DNA of 64,000 nt from Candidatus Zixiibacteriota bacterium (GTDB lineage: Bacteria; Zixibacteria; MSB-5A5; GN15; JACZUZ01): the NCBI GenBank assembly GCA_024280835.1, contig JAJRPJ010000006.1:149656-213655 (forward strand). Direction: 5' to 3'. Shown piece by piece: positions 50,364 through 60,983 of the stretch. Both the position numbers and the translations under genes were made by a program. The stretch's first letter is position 1, and each line of letters begins with the position of its first letter. The notes beneath the pieces were generated by a model. The model had not been told where the DNA came from and did not search any database. It saw only the letters and a list, made by a program, of their open reading frames with translations.

Positions 50364-52823
50364 ATGATTAAGAAACTACTTTTGGCCACACTGATTCTAG
50401 TCTTGGTTTCGGTGTATTGGTTCAAACCGCTCAGCGCGCAAACTCTGCCGAGTGAAGATGAAATCAAACAATTGAAAAATGACCCCGAAGCCGCGCATAA
50501 GTTATTGCAAGGCGCCGGCAAGAAGCGAAGTACACGCCGATACAAATCACAAGATATTTTTGGCTCAAGTGAGCAGTCTAGTAGAGACAGACAACAAGCT
50601 CAACTTGATTCATTGAGAGACCTTCGGGCACGAGGCGGCTCAGCAAATCGCTACAATGCCGAATTCGATTCCGAGTTTGGCGATGAATTCTCCAGTGGGA
50701 ACTTTGATGCCGATGGAGACTTCAACAAATCAGATAACGAAGGAAAGCAACCAAACAGAAGAAGTAGGCGCGAGGCTCTAAGGCCATTTGGGTATGACCT
50801 CTTTCGCCGCACAACTGATCTAACTTCCCCCGTCGAACTAGCCAATGCCGAAGACTATGTTCTCGGCCCAGGTGACAATGTCATTATCTACCTCTGGGGA
50901 CGTGTCGAGCGTGAACTAAATCTCACCGTTGATCGCGAAGGCAAAGTTTTTGTCCCGCCGATTGGCGAAATGGTTGTTTGGGGGAAAACAGTTAGTGATT
51001 TCCAAACAAACTTGCGCAACAATTTGTCGGCAGTGTATTCAGAGTTTAAGTTGAATGTCACACTTGGTAAGATTCGTTCTATTCGTGTCTATGTCGTTGG
51101 TGAAGTAAACAAGCCTGGCGCTTACACTGTTAGTTCATTGACAACTTTGTTTAATGCGCTCTATGAAGCTGGTGGGCCGACAGAGCGCGGCTCAATGCGA
51201 AAAATCAAACTCCTTCGTGGTGGAAATCTCAAGCAAGAAATTGATCTCTATGATTTTCTTGCACGTGGAGATAACAGTATTGACGTGCGCCTAAAATCTG
51301 GCGATGCTATTTTTATCCCGATTGTTGGACCACAGGTTGCGGTCGAAGGCGAAGTTAAACGTCCAGCGATTTATGAATTACGCGGTGATGAAACAGGCTC
51401 AGATATTTTGACTCTTGCAGGTGGCGCAACAGCCGAGGGTTACCTACGCAAGGTGACAGTCGAGCGTGTAGTTGAAAAAGACGAACCTCGCCTACTGGAT
51501 GTTGATCTTGATACAAACTCCGAGAGTTATGATGAATCATTTGTGATTCAAGCAGGTGATCATGTAACTGTCCAAACAATGTATGACGTTCAGCGCAATT
51601 ATGTCGCTGTCGGTGGCATGGTCAAGCACGCAGGTCGGTTTGAGCGCTCAGAAGGACTTACACTCAAGGAATTATTGCAACGCGCACAAATTCGTCCAGA
51701 GGATGTCTATTTTGAGAGACTGAATGTATTTCGCACTTATCCTGATAATCACAAAGAAATGCTAGCTTTCAACCTCTCTGATTTATTACAAGACACCACT
51801 GGGCCTTCACAGAGTTTGACCTTGATGGATCGTGATTCAGTGCATATTTATTCTATTGAAGTTATTGAAAGAACAAAGCATGTCTCGATCGGGGGAGAGG
51901 TTCGTAATCCGGGTGAATACCTTCTATATGAAGGAATGACCTTGGGGGATATCATCTTTTTGGCTGGCAATATGAATCGAGCGGCCTATTTGAATCGCGC
52001 TGAAATTGCGCATACCGACAGCTTGGGAGTTGTGACAATTAGCTATGTGGATTTGGCTTCTGATCTCAAAGATCAGGTCAAGCTCAATGAAGATGACAAT
52101 GTTTCTGTCAGACAAATTCCTGAATGGGAATTGAATAGACGAGTATGGATCGAGGGTGAAGTTCTCTTTCCTGGCGAGTACACACTTTCATCACGCAATG
52201 AAACTCTCTGGTCAGCCCTCAAGCGGACTGGTGGTTTTACCGATGTGGCCTTTCCTGCGGGCTTGGTGTTGGAGCGCAAATCAATTAGCGGTTCGACATT
52301 CAGTCAGAATCTCAATCGTTTAGTGCAGTCCAGCGGAGAATTACGCGAAGACTCACTTGGACAAATTCGCGAAGTTGATCCTGTCAGATTCAATAAGGAA
52401 AGTTTGGACAGGATTATTCTCGATATGGCGCGATTGATTGAAAGTAACGGCCAAGAAGGTGATTTGACATTACAGCCAGGCGATAAAATTTACGTTCCGC
52501 AAATTCCACCAGGTGTTTCTGTTCTAGGAGCTGTCGGCGCCACTGGTACAATCAGATATGAACCCAAAAAACGCTTGAGTTACTATCTCGATCGAGCGGG
52601 TGGCTACACACGTCAGGCCGACAAAGATGGAGTTCGTCTGATGCGCGCCGATGGACGTGTCTTTAGTGGAGGCTCCGCAAAAAAGAAAACAGTTGAGCTT
52701 GGCGATGCAATCATAGTTCCGACAGAGATTAAGAAGGACAAGAACGTGATGCAGTCTGTTAGCTCTGTTGTTTCAATTATCAGCGGACTCGCTACATCGG
52801 TGTTTATCATCACCAAACTGTAA
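50364..52823 (+). CDS. Polysaccharide export protein with multiple SLBB domains (Wza/KpsD-like)
   Basis: PFGYDLF, DYVLGPGD...WG, VDREG; repeated V.GEV..PG.Y SLBB units; C-terminal GD.IIVP plus helix. Confidence 0.9.
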   Translation: MIKKLLLATLILVLVSVYWFKPLSAQTLPSEDEIKQLKNDPEAAHKLLQGAGKKRSTRRYKSQDIFGSSEQSSRDRQQAQLDSLRDLRARGGSANRYNAEFDSEFGDEFSSGNFDADGDFNKSDNEGKQPNRRSRREALRPFGYDLFRRTTDLTSPVELANAEDYVLGPGDNVIIYLWGRVERELNLTVDREGKVFVPPIGEMVVWGKTVSDFQTNLRNNLSAVYSEFKLNVTLGKIRSIRVYVVGEVNKPGAYTVSSLTTLFNALYEAGGPTERGSMRKIKLLRGGNLKQEIDLYDFLARGDNSIDVRLKSGDAIFIPIVGPQVAVEGEVKRPAIYELRGDETGSDILTLAGGATAEGYLRKVTVERVVEKDEPRLLDVDLDTNSESYDESFVIQAGDHVTVQTMYDVQRNYVAVGGMVKHAGRFERSEGLTLKELLQRAQIRPEDVYFERLNVFRTYPDNHKEMLAFNLSDLLQDTTGPSQSLTLMDRDSVHIYSIEVIERTKHVSIGGEVRNPGEYLLYEGMTLGDIIFLAGNMNRAAYLNRAEIAHTDSLGVVTISYVDLASDLKDQVKLNEDDNVSVRQIPEWELNRRVWIEGEVLFPGEYTLSSRNETLWSALKRTGGFTDVAFPAGLVLERKSISGSTFSQNLNRLVQSSGELREDSLGQIREVDPVRFNKESLDRIILDMARLIESNGQEGDLTLQPGDKIYVPQIPPGVSVLGAVGATGTIRYEPKKRLSYYLDRAGGYTRQADKDGVRLMRADGRVFSGGSAKKKTVELGDAIIVPTEIKKDKNVMQSVSSVVSIISGLATSVFIITKL

Positions 52824-52874
52824 GTCATGACGCACATGCCAAATTTGTGAGTGATTCTCATCCTCACTTTTCCA

Positions 52875-52934
52875 GCCGCCTGCCGCAGTGGAATAATTTC
52901 TGAAATTACTCCTAGCGTCAGGCGGTATTTTTTT
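52875..52934 (+). terminator. Long-stem terminator after the wza-like gene
   Basis: gccgcctg...ggaataatttc-t-gaaattactcc...caggcggt followed by T7. Confidence 0.65.
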
Positions 52935-52975
52935 GCCTGTCTCGAATTCATTCGATCCAACTCAGGGACATTTTT

Positions 52976-53123
52976 TCCAACCGAATAGGAATAATTCTCC
53001 GCCTAGCTCAAGCGCCGCTGTTTGTCTGTATCAGTATTCAGCCTCGCGCAAGTCGTAATTTGATGTATAGCAATGAGTTACAATCGCTGGTTTCGTATTG
53101 GGACAATCGGCGCTCGAATTGCG
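52976..53123 (+). promoter_or_regulatory. Putative sigma54 promoter with upstream motif and IHF-like site
   Basis: TCCAACCGAATAGGA (52976-52990); IHF-like TAGCAATGAGTTA (53068-53080); CGGCGC-TCGAA-TTGCG with GG(53109)-N10-GC(53121). Confidence 0.55.
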
Positions 53124-53175
53124 ATGCCTTGAGTGGAGAAGTTGACCTATCACGGAAGATACAAGGTCTGGAAGA

Positions 53176-54327
53176 ATGAGAAAACAGTTACGCTTTAAAG
53201 GTGGGCCCGAATCGGCTCTCCTAAGTTCAAACACAAATTCAAGAGAAGCTGGGGAATCAGGCGCAGAGAGTAATTCCTCTAGCTTCGATTTGTTCGTTTT
53301 TCTACACATGATGTTCCTCAATCGACGCTGGTTGATTGGATCTGTCCTAATCGCAGGAATTGTCACTGCGGTTGCTACATTGTTCAGCCCTAACCAATAC
53401 ACATCGACGGCGACCCTGTTGCCATCAAGTAGTGGTGGGGGGCTTTCAGCGCTGAAAGGTATCACTGGTTTATCTGTTCTAGATATGGCAGGTGGTTTTG
53501 GTGGCAGTAGTGAAAGTTCCTCTGAGCTATTCCCCACCACGCTCAATAGCGCTCGTTTGCGCAATACCATTCTAAGACAAAGTTTTCAGTTCACTCAAGA
53601 CGGTCAGCAACATGCGATGACCATGCAAGAATATCTCGGAGAAGATAATCTTGATATGGCTCGTAAAGGGTTGGCGAAAATTACCGCTGTTGGCTCAGAG
53701 TTCAAAACTGGTGTGATAACGCTTAGCGTGACGACCAAACATCCCGAACTCTCCGCCTTGGTTGCTCAAGCATACATCGACGAACTGGACAATTTCAACC
53801 GCACACAACGCAAGACGAGGGCTACAGAATATGAAGAGTTTTTGCGTACTCGTCTGGAAGTCAGCAAAGTCGAGATGTCTGCCTCAGAAGACGCGCTTGA
53901 GGCAGTCCAAACACTTAACCGTGATTGGCTTCTTTCAAATGATCCTGCGCTACAAAAAGACTTACTAATTCGTAAACGCGATCTAACCATCAAGACCAAA
54001 ACATTTGCACTACTCACTCAGCAATACGAAATAGCAAAAAGCGAAACACGCAAAGATCTACCTGTTGTTCAGGCGTTAGATACACCTGCGATCCCACTAA
54101 TCAAATCGGCGCCACAACGTTCAATGACAGTCGTCTTTGCCATGCTCATCGCTGGTGTCTTTGGAATTGGGTTCATGATTATTCGTGAATCATTCCAGAG
54201 ACGAAATGATGAATCAGAAGATAGTTCATTGAGTCAGCTAAGAAATGATGTCAACAAAGCCTATCCGCGCCTGTCAGGAAGCATTCTAAGGCAAGCCTCA
54301 CAAAAAGAAGAACACATCAGCGTCTAA
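53176..54327 (+). CDS. Polysaccharide co-polymerase / chain-length determinant (Wzz/GNVR type)
   Basis: TM + PNQYTSTATLLP, coiled coil, QALD.PA.P..KSAPQR + TM; no kinase domain. Confidence 0.85.
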   Translation: MRKQLRFKGGPESALLSSNTNSREAGESGAESNSSSFDLFVFLHMMFLNRRWLIGSVLIAGIVTAVATLFSPNQYTSTATLLPSSSGGGLSALKGITGLSVLDMAGGFGGSSESSSELFPTTLNSARLRNTILRQSFQFTQDGQQHAMTMQEYLGEDNLDMARKGLAKITAVGSEFKTGVITLSVTTKHPELSALVAQAYIDELDNFNRTQRKTRATEYEEFLRTRLEVSKVEMSASEDALEAVQTLNRDWLLSNDPALQKDLLIRKRDLTIKTKTFALLTQQYEIAKSETRKDLPVVQALDTPAIPLIKSAPQRSMTVVFAMLIAGVFGIGFMIIRESFQRRNDESEDSSLSQLRNDVNKAYPRLSGSILRQASQKEEHISV

Positions 54328-54386
54328 CTTGAAAGTATTCAGAATTGACGCAAAATGCAGGTCAAGAAGTAAAGGGTACCAGAGCA

Positions 54387-55646
54387 ATGAAATCCTCATC
54401 AAGATTGAATCCAAAAGACTTTGAGAGTTTTAACGTCACAGCCAAACCAAGTTCAACCGAGCGTAAGACAGTAATTCTTGTGGCTGGGGCTCGCCCAAAC
54501 TTCGTGAAACTGGCGCCACTCTATAGTGAGCTTGCATCTCGTAATGAGACTTTCGAAACTTTGATACTGCACACAGGCCAGCATTACGATAGCAAAATGT
54601 CCGATGTCTTCTTCAAAGAACTAGGCATCCCAAAACCGCATATCCATCTCGGTGTCGGTTCAGGTTCGCATGCTGAACAGACTGCGAAAGTGATGATCGA
54701 GTGTGACAAAGTCTTCACCGAAAGAAAACCTGATATGGTGGTGGTTTTTGGTGACATCAATTCAACACTAGCAGCTTCAGTAACGGCGGCCAAAAGCGGA
54801 ATTCCTGTTACTCATGTTGAGGCGGGGCTGCGTTCATTTGATAGAACCATGCCTGAAGAATTGAATCGTCTAGTGACAGACTGCATGTCGGATTTGCTAC
54901 TGACACCATCGAAAGACGCCAATCGAAATCTTGAGCGTGAGGGTGTTCCGCGTGAAAAAGTAGAGATGGTTGGTAATATCATGATTGACACTTTGGTAAA
55001 GTTCTTACCAGAGGCAGACAAATCTGATGTCTTAGAGCGCTTCAATCTACAGCCGCAAAAGTACGCATTGCTGACGATGCATCGTCCTGGCAATGTCGAT
55101 GATCCAACAGGGCTGGAAGCTGTCCTCGATATCATTGAACAAATTGCTGAAGATTACAAAATTGTCTTTCCCGCGCATCCTCGGACTCGCAATAATTTTG
55201 TCGCGTATGGCGGACGCGCACAGCGTTTCATCGAGGGCGACCTATCGAATTTGATTCTTACAGAACCTTTAGGCTATTTGGATTTTCTTAAACTACAAAA
55301 AGAATCTGGTGTGACACTAACAGACTCTGGCGGAGTGCAAGAAGAAACAAGTTACCTCGGTGTACCGTGCTTGACATTACGACCAAACACAGAACGTCCA
55401 ATCACAATAACCCATGGCACAAACCATTTGATTGGCTTGAATGTCACTTCAGCTGTTGAGCATGCTCGTAGGTTCATGCAAGAGTCAAGAGGTGTTCATC
55501 AACCTCCACCACTTTGGGACGGACATACTGCTGAGCGAATTGCGGACTCCCTAGAGAGATTCCTTTTTGGAACAGGTAGAGAGCGAGAAATTCGCGCATT
55601 GACAGTCATCGCCCGTGAGGAAGCGCTCAAAGCTTTGACAATGTAG
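54387..55646 (+). CDS. wecB: UDP-N-acetylglucosamine 2-epimerase (non-hydrolysing)
   Basis: GARPNFVK, HTGQHYD, HVEAGLRSFD..MPEE.NR, TDSGGVQEE. Confidence 0.93.
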   Translation: MKSSSRLNPKDFESFNVTAKPSSTERKTVILVAGARPNFVKLAPLYSELASRNETFETLILHTGQHYDSKMSDVFFKELGIPKPHIHLGVGSGSHAEQTAKVMIECDKVFTERKPDMVVVFGDINSTLAASVTAAKSGIPVTHVEAGLRSFDRTMPEELNRLVTDCMSDLLLTPSKDANRNLEREGVPREKVEMVGNIMIDTLVKFLPEADKSDVLERFNLQPQKYALLTMHRPGNVDDPTGLEAVLDIIEQIAEDYKIVFPAHPRTRNNFVAYGGRAQRFIEGDLSNLILTEPLGYLDFLKLQKESGVTLTDSGGVQEETSYLGVPCLTLRPNTERPITITHGTNHLIGLNVTSAVEHARRFMQESRGVHQPPPLWDGHTAERIADSLERFLFGTGREREIRALTVIAREEALKALTM

Positions 55647-55670
55647 AACGAAGCATTTCGTAACAAAACG

Positions 55671-57866
55671 TTGACCCATAAAGCAAATATCACGACAATG
55701 TCATATCTTACACTAGTATCAAGAAAAATAGCTCACAAGGCCGTCACGCGGCTTAAACGGTATGTTCGGCCCTACCTTCCTGTTGACGCAATTGATATTG
55801 AAATGTTTGATATGATTCTTCGCACCAATGGAGCGGGTGATATTGACTTGTTTGTCGAGGATGCCAGCGCTCGTTCGCTAATAATTCCAGAAATCCATAC
55901 AGACCTGATCAGCAAACGCATTGCCAATGAGTTTCCAGAACATTCCGCAGCGCTGAGCAAGAAAGCCGATGCCTGTTTGCAGAACATGTTCTCTGAGTTG
56001 GGCTCAGAATACACTGATCTCGACGATGGCTTTGGTGGTGTGCGTTGGTTGGAGGATTTCAAATGTGGAATTACTTGGCCACAGTCTCACTATCTGAAAG
56101 TTCCTATTGTTCTTCCAGATGACAAGTCAGATATCAAAACACCTTGGGAATTGTCGCGCTTTCAATTCGCCCCGACTCTAGGGCAAATGGAAGTCCTAAC
56201 GGGAGACAAACGCTACCGCGAAAAATTCATTAGTCTGGTTGATGATTGGCAGAGAAAAAATCCGTATCCAGTTGGACCAAACTGGGTTTGCGCAATGGAA
56301 ATTGCCATTCGCTCAATCAACTTACTAACCGCTGTTGAGTTGTTTCATCAAAGAGCGCCTCTTCCAACTCCGTTTCTCAAAGCGCTCTACACCTTATTGT
56401 ATCAGAGTGGCAGACATATACGCGCCAATCTTGAAGACAGCGGACGTGGTATGAGTTCAAATCATTATCTCGCCGATTTAATCGGACTGCTGACTCTTGG
56501 AGCTCTTTTTGACTTTCTGCCAGATGGCAAAGAGTGGCTCAAGTTCGCAGTTACCGAATTGGAAGTCGAAATCCAAGAGCAAACAACCGAAGATGGTTTC
56601 TGCTATGAGTCCAGCGCAAATTATCACTTGTTGACCTTGGAGTTCTATCTCTACACGCTAACTTTCTGCCGCAAAAACGAAATAGCATTATCATTACCTT
56701 TTGTACGTTCATTACAAAGCTCTTTGGATATCACTTCTGAGTTACGTGATACGACAGGCGCTCTACCCAATATCGGCGATAATGATTCTGGCCGTCTGTT
56801 GAAACTCTGTGATAGAGAAGATCGCGATCCCCAATGGCTTCTGTTTTGGGGATTGATGGAAGGACTCAAACCGAAAGGTTTCTCACCTCTATCTTGCGCT
56901 ACCGCTGAATCACTTTGGATGTTCGGCGGACGACGCTTACAAAATGGATTCCAGAGTAATAACAGCTCTACACACAACGCTGGTGTTTCAAAATACTTCA
57001 AGGGCGCTGGTCTAGTAAAATTGGCGCATGACGATTTGAGTATGACAATCAGTGTTGCCGACATTGGTGTCAACGGACTCGGCGGACACAAACACAATGA
57101 TCAATTAGCCATGACCATCAGCTGGGGCGATACTCAATTGATTATCGATCCAGGCACATTTGCCTATACCGCCAGCGAAACCGAGCGGAATCGCCTACGC
57201 TCTGTGCAATCACACTCAACAGCTCAAATTGCTGGCCTAGAAACAAATCGTTTTCTGCCAGGATATTTATTTTCAATGCGCAAGGACGGTGTTCCGAAAG
57301 TTACCTCTTGGCTCTCTACCCGTGAATTAGATTTATTACAAGCCGAGCACGATTGCTATCAACGTCTCAGTGGAGCGCCCATTATTCGTCGCTCTGTCTA
57401 TTTCGACAAACTCGCTCGCTTTTGGCTAATCAGAGATGAAATTAGCTTTACAAAAGGCCAAAGTGATGGAAAGCAGGCTTCACAATGGCGACTTGCATCA
57501 GCCCTAATCACCAACTCACCGACTGAGACACAGAACTCAGCACAAGTCAGTTGCGGTATTTCAGGAGACCAAGAGCGCGAAGTGATAATTCGACGTTTCA
57601 GCGCTGGGTCATCATTGACTGTCGAGCCATTCAAATATGCGCCAGAATATGGCGCCTCTCGCGACGGATGCAAGACACTACTCTACGCAGCCAGCGGTGT
57701 GACTGAGTTGATTTGGGGAATATTTCCAAATCTTATGGGTGAGCGCAAAGAGCGCAGCGAGGAATTGTTGCGAGCAAAATTCGATTTACTGGAGTGGAAG
57801 AATGTCCGCTTTGACTTAGATGGCGCAGTTGAAAAGCTTCACCGAGAGGTTGCATGTCAGCTATAG
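55671..57866 (+). CDS. Heparinase II/III-like protein of the polysaccharide locus
   Basis: DIKTPWELSRFQ, NWVCAMEIAIR, SNHYLADL, GDNDSG, GHKHND, DPGTFAYT. Confidence 0.85.
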   Translation: MTHKANITTMSYLTLVSRKIAHKAVTRLKRYVRPYLPVDAIDIEMFDMILRTNGAGDIDLFVEDASARSLIIPEIHTDLISKRIANEFPEHSAALSKKADACLQNMFSELGSEYTDLDDGFGGVRWLEDFKCGITWPQSHYLKVPIVLPDDKSDIKTPWELSRFQFAPTLGQMEVLTGDKRYREKFISLVDDWQRKNPYPVGPNWVCAMEIAIRSINLLTAVELFHQRAPLPTPFLKALYTLLYQSGRHIRANLEDSGRGMSSNHYLADLIGLLTLGALFDFLPDGKEWLKFAVTELEVEIQEQTTEDGFCYESSANYHLLTLEFYLYTLTFCRKNEIALSLPFVRSLQSSLDITSELRDTTGALPNIGDNDSGRLLKLCDREDRDPQWLLFWGLMEGLKPKGFSPLSCATAESLWMFGGRRLQNGFQSNNSSTHNAGVSKYFKGAGLVKLAHDDLSMTISVADIGVNGLGGHKHNDQLAMTISWGDTQLIIDPGTFAYTASETERNRLRSVQSHSTAQIAGLETNRFLPGYLFSMRKDGVPKVTSWLSTRELDLLQAEHDCYQRLSGAPIIRRSVYFDKLARFWLIRDEISFTKGQSDGKQASQWRLASALITNSPTETQNSAQVSCGISGDQEREVIIRRFSAGSSLTVEPFKYAPEYGASRDGCKTLLYAASGVTELIWGIFPNLMGERKERSEELLRAKFDLLEWKNVRFDLDGAVEKLHREVACQL

Positions 57867-59428
57867 CCCTGAATCCATTTTTTGATTCTATCAATTCTCT
57901 TGGCTCCAAAGCGATGTCATTTGTATTTGGCAAAGGTGGGCTTGCAGTTGCCATCGGCGCTTTAGCTGCGCTAGGAGCGATTGTCGGTGTCAGCTCCAAT
58001 TTCCTTTTCTTCGCATTGTCATTGACAGGGTTCGCAATTGCTCTCTCTACCAGTTTGCGAAATGCCGCATTCTATTCTTTGGTGTTCCTATGTTTCAAAT
58101 CAGCGCTTTGGCGATTGGCGTTTCATCTGGATTTTCTTAATCAAACTCAACCGACAGTTGACCTCTTTCGCTTTTCAGCGGGGTTGTATTTGTCGGCGTT
58201 GTGCATGATAGTCATTGCCAAACGCCTCATAGAAAACCGCAAAACTCTTCAACACAAACTAGATATAACAATAGCGCTCTTTATCGGTGTCTATGTCTTA
58301 GCGATTGTCAATCCGCACAATTCTCCTTTGGCGGGCTTGGCTGGTTTTGAGAGAACCATCTTTCCTACAGTGATGGTGTTTTTCTTAGCGGGTGAAGTTA
58401 TTCACACCAAAAAAGACATAATCGCTTTAACAAAAATTATTGCGATTACAACGCTAGTAACAGCGCTCTATGGACTCAAGCATGCTATCAGTGGAATTTG
58501 GGGTTTTGAGACCACCGCTTTCAATGACTTGTTCGGCAAACATGGCTTCGATGGTTGGTTAACTATTGGTATCAAAGGTGTCGAGTTTCGCACATTCTCA
58601 ACTTTCTTTGGCTATATGGAGTTCACTTTCACACTGGCTTTATGGGGAGCGCTTCTTATCGGAGATTCATTTGTCTCCTTTACCAAAGGCTGGCGTGTAG
58701 TGCGTTGGTTAACAATTGTAGCGCTGATTGTTTTGCTCTCGCTTTCGCTCGAGCGCACACCAATCTTAATGATAATCGCTGGGCTACTGACAACTTGGTA
58801 TGTACGCTCTGAAAAGAAACGACGCCTCAAGATAGCTCTGGTAAGCGCATTCATTGTTGTCACTATCACCTCAGGTATTACGCTCTTTGAGAGAGAACTC
58901 GAAGCATCTGGTATCGCCAAACTCGAACGCATTGCCGAACTAGGTGATCCAACCAAAGCTGCATCAATTCAGGACCGCGTCGATAGGATGTGGTTACCTA
59001 CACTGAAAATAATCGCCGCGAATCCTTTGGGAGTTGGCGCAGGTTTTGGCTCACAAACATTCTTGACCTCGCAACCTACTGGTTCAGGTTTTCAAACTCA
59101 GCCGCATAATGAGATATTGCAAAAGACTCTCGAAGCTGGTTGGCTAGCTGGGATACTATTTGGAGTAATCATAGTGTTGCTCTTCCGTGAATTGAAAAGC
59201 CTCTCGGAAACAACGACTGATAAAGACATCAAACGCTACACCGCGCTTGGCTGTGGTATTGTTGTAGCTTTTGCGTTTTGTGGGCAGATTAACTTGCCGT
59301 TTTCGGGCCCTCAAGGGACATTTTTCTGGTTTGTCAGTGGCGCTCTTATCAGTGTTGCTCGCCATTGGAAGCACAACCAAGAAGAGCAATTGAAGATTTC
59401 TGGTTTCACACATGGGGAACAATCATGA
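57854..59428 (+). CDS. O-antigen ligase/Wzy-like polymerase
   Basis: Many TM segments; NPLGVGAG and PHNEILQ..LEAG motif. Confidence 0.75.
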   Translation: MSAIALNPFFDSINSLGSKAMSFVFGKGGLAVAIGALAALGAIVGVSSNFLFFALSLTGFAIALSTSLRNAAFYSLVFLCFKSALWRLAFHLDFLNQTQPTVDLFRFSAGLYLSALCMIVIAKRLIENRKTLQHKLDITIALFIGVYVLAIVNPHNSPLAGLAGFERTIFPTVMVFFLAGEVIHTKKDIIALTKIIAITTLVTALYGLKHAISGIWGFETTAFNDLFGKHGFDGWLTIGIKGVEFRTFSTFFGYMEFTFTLALWGALLIGDSFVSFTKGWRVVRWLTIVALIVLLSLSLERTPILMIIAGLLTTWYVRSEKKRRLKIALVSAFIVVTITSGITLFERELEASGIAKLERIAELGDPTKAASIQDRVDRMWLPTLKIIAANPLGVGAGFGSQTFLTSQPTGSGFQTQPHNEILQKTLEAGWLAGILFGVIIVLLFRELKSLSETTTDKDIKRYTALGCGIVVAFAFCGQINLPFSGPQGTFFWFVSGALISVARHWKHNQEEQLKISGFTHGEQS

Positions 59429-60983
59429 AATCATTCTCTATTGACAAAACCGAAAATCGGCTAGTAAACGTTGCCTCCAGTGAAAAAACTAGTAGTTCCA
59501 GCTCTAGAGTGAAGCGCGGTGTCCTAACGCTCAGGAAGTCAGCCTATGATGATGACTCTTTATCTAATAGTTCTTCGGGCGATTCCAAGCGCATCATAAT
59601 CATTAGCCACTCGTACACTCCCATGCTCAATCCTCGCGCCTATCGCTGGACGGCGATTGCTGAAAGATGGGCAGAAGAGGGCAAACGAGTCGATGTTGTC
59701 TGTTCTTGGGAAGCAGGGTTGCAGAGCTCCGAAATTCTCAATGGCGTACATGTCCATCGTGTTGGCTCTAGCGTCGTTGAAAAACTTCGCGGGTTATTGC
59801 GTTCTAAAGAAAGAAGCTCTGAATCCAACTTACAGGCAGAAGCAATTCCAGCTCTTCCTAGCGTCGCGCGTAGCCTAGTGAACAATTGCAAGAGTGCAAT
59901 CAAGACTATAGCGCGTATTGCGCATGACGTAACTTGGAAGAACATCTACTGGCCAGATTATGCGGCGCTTTGGGCGAAACCAGCGCGACAAAAAGTTCAG
60001 GCATTGCTAAACGAAATTGATCCTTCGGAGAGTGTGACACTAATTACAGTCTAGATCCATTCACTGCGCACATCGCTGGGCGCGTATTGAAGAATGACAA
60101 CCCAGAACTAAACTGGATAGTTGATATTGGTGACCCTTTCTGTTTCAGACATGACACCCCAACGAACAACCACATTCTCTACAGTGCCTTCAATTATAGT
60201 TATGAAAAGAAAATCTTCAACGAGGCCGATAGTGTCAGTGTCACAACAGAAGCCACTAGGCGGAAGTATGCCAAACTGTTTCCATGCTCGTCAGAGAAAA
60301 TTATGGTGATACCGCCTTTGGTGACACTAGGCGCTAGTAATGCAGGTGACGAATTATCAGCAGTCCCATTGGGAAGCAGTGGAGCTTTCAAAGCTCTATT
60401 CACCGGAGCTCTCTATAAGACTATTCGTAACCCAGAATACCTCTTGCGACTGTTTGCATCTCTGAAAGAAATGGATCCACAACTAGAAATAGAATTACAC
60501 TTCTTTGGCCCACACAGTGATTGCCAAGCAGTGTTTGCTTCATTCGAAGCAACCTTAGGCAAGGATGTCCATTTACACGGCCTAATGCCCAAGGGAGTGA
60601 CGATGATGGCATTGAGGCAGGCGGACCTATTGATCAATATCGGAAACACGAGTCCTTATCAATTACCAAGCAAGGTTGTTGAATATGCTTGCACAGAGAA
60701 ACCAATACTAAACATTGCCTCTATCGTCGATGACAGTTCAGCGATGTTTTTCGAGGGCAGACAAAAGACAATCACAATCAACACAGCCGATGGTCGTTCA
60801 CTAAATGATCACTCAACAGAACTGCGCACGTTCCTAGATGATTGCCAAAGTTCAGATAATCAATCCATGCTGGAAAATTATCGTAAGCATTTGATTGAAG
60901 CTCACAGTCCAAAATCAATAACAGATAGCTATAGCGCACTATTGGTAGGCCAGACAAACAATCAGGTAGGTGAGCATGTCTAA
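59425..60983 (+). pseudogene. GT-B (GT4-like) glycosyltransferase with a 1-nt frameshift near 60052
   Basis: The first frame ends ...LITV*; the other frame continues DPFTAHIAG...DIGDPF...PSKVVEY. One added base (gtc t[c]a gat) restores ITVSDPF. Confidence 0.7.

Noticed and set aside
52921-52930. GGCGGTA as an ops/JUMPStart element
   Set aside because: It lacks the GGCGGTAG consensus G and forms the 3' arm of a terminator hairpin.
53031-53570. Antisense/overlapping ORFs from the track (also 29159-29617, 27011-27424, 56651-57097 and similar)
   Set aside because: They are shadows of well-supported genes, with no motifs or RBS.
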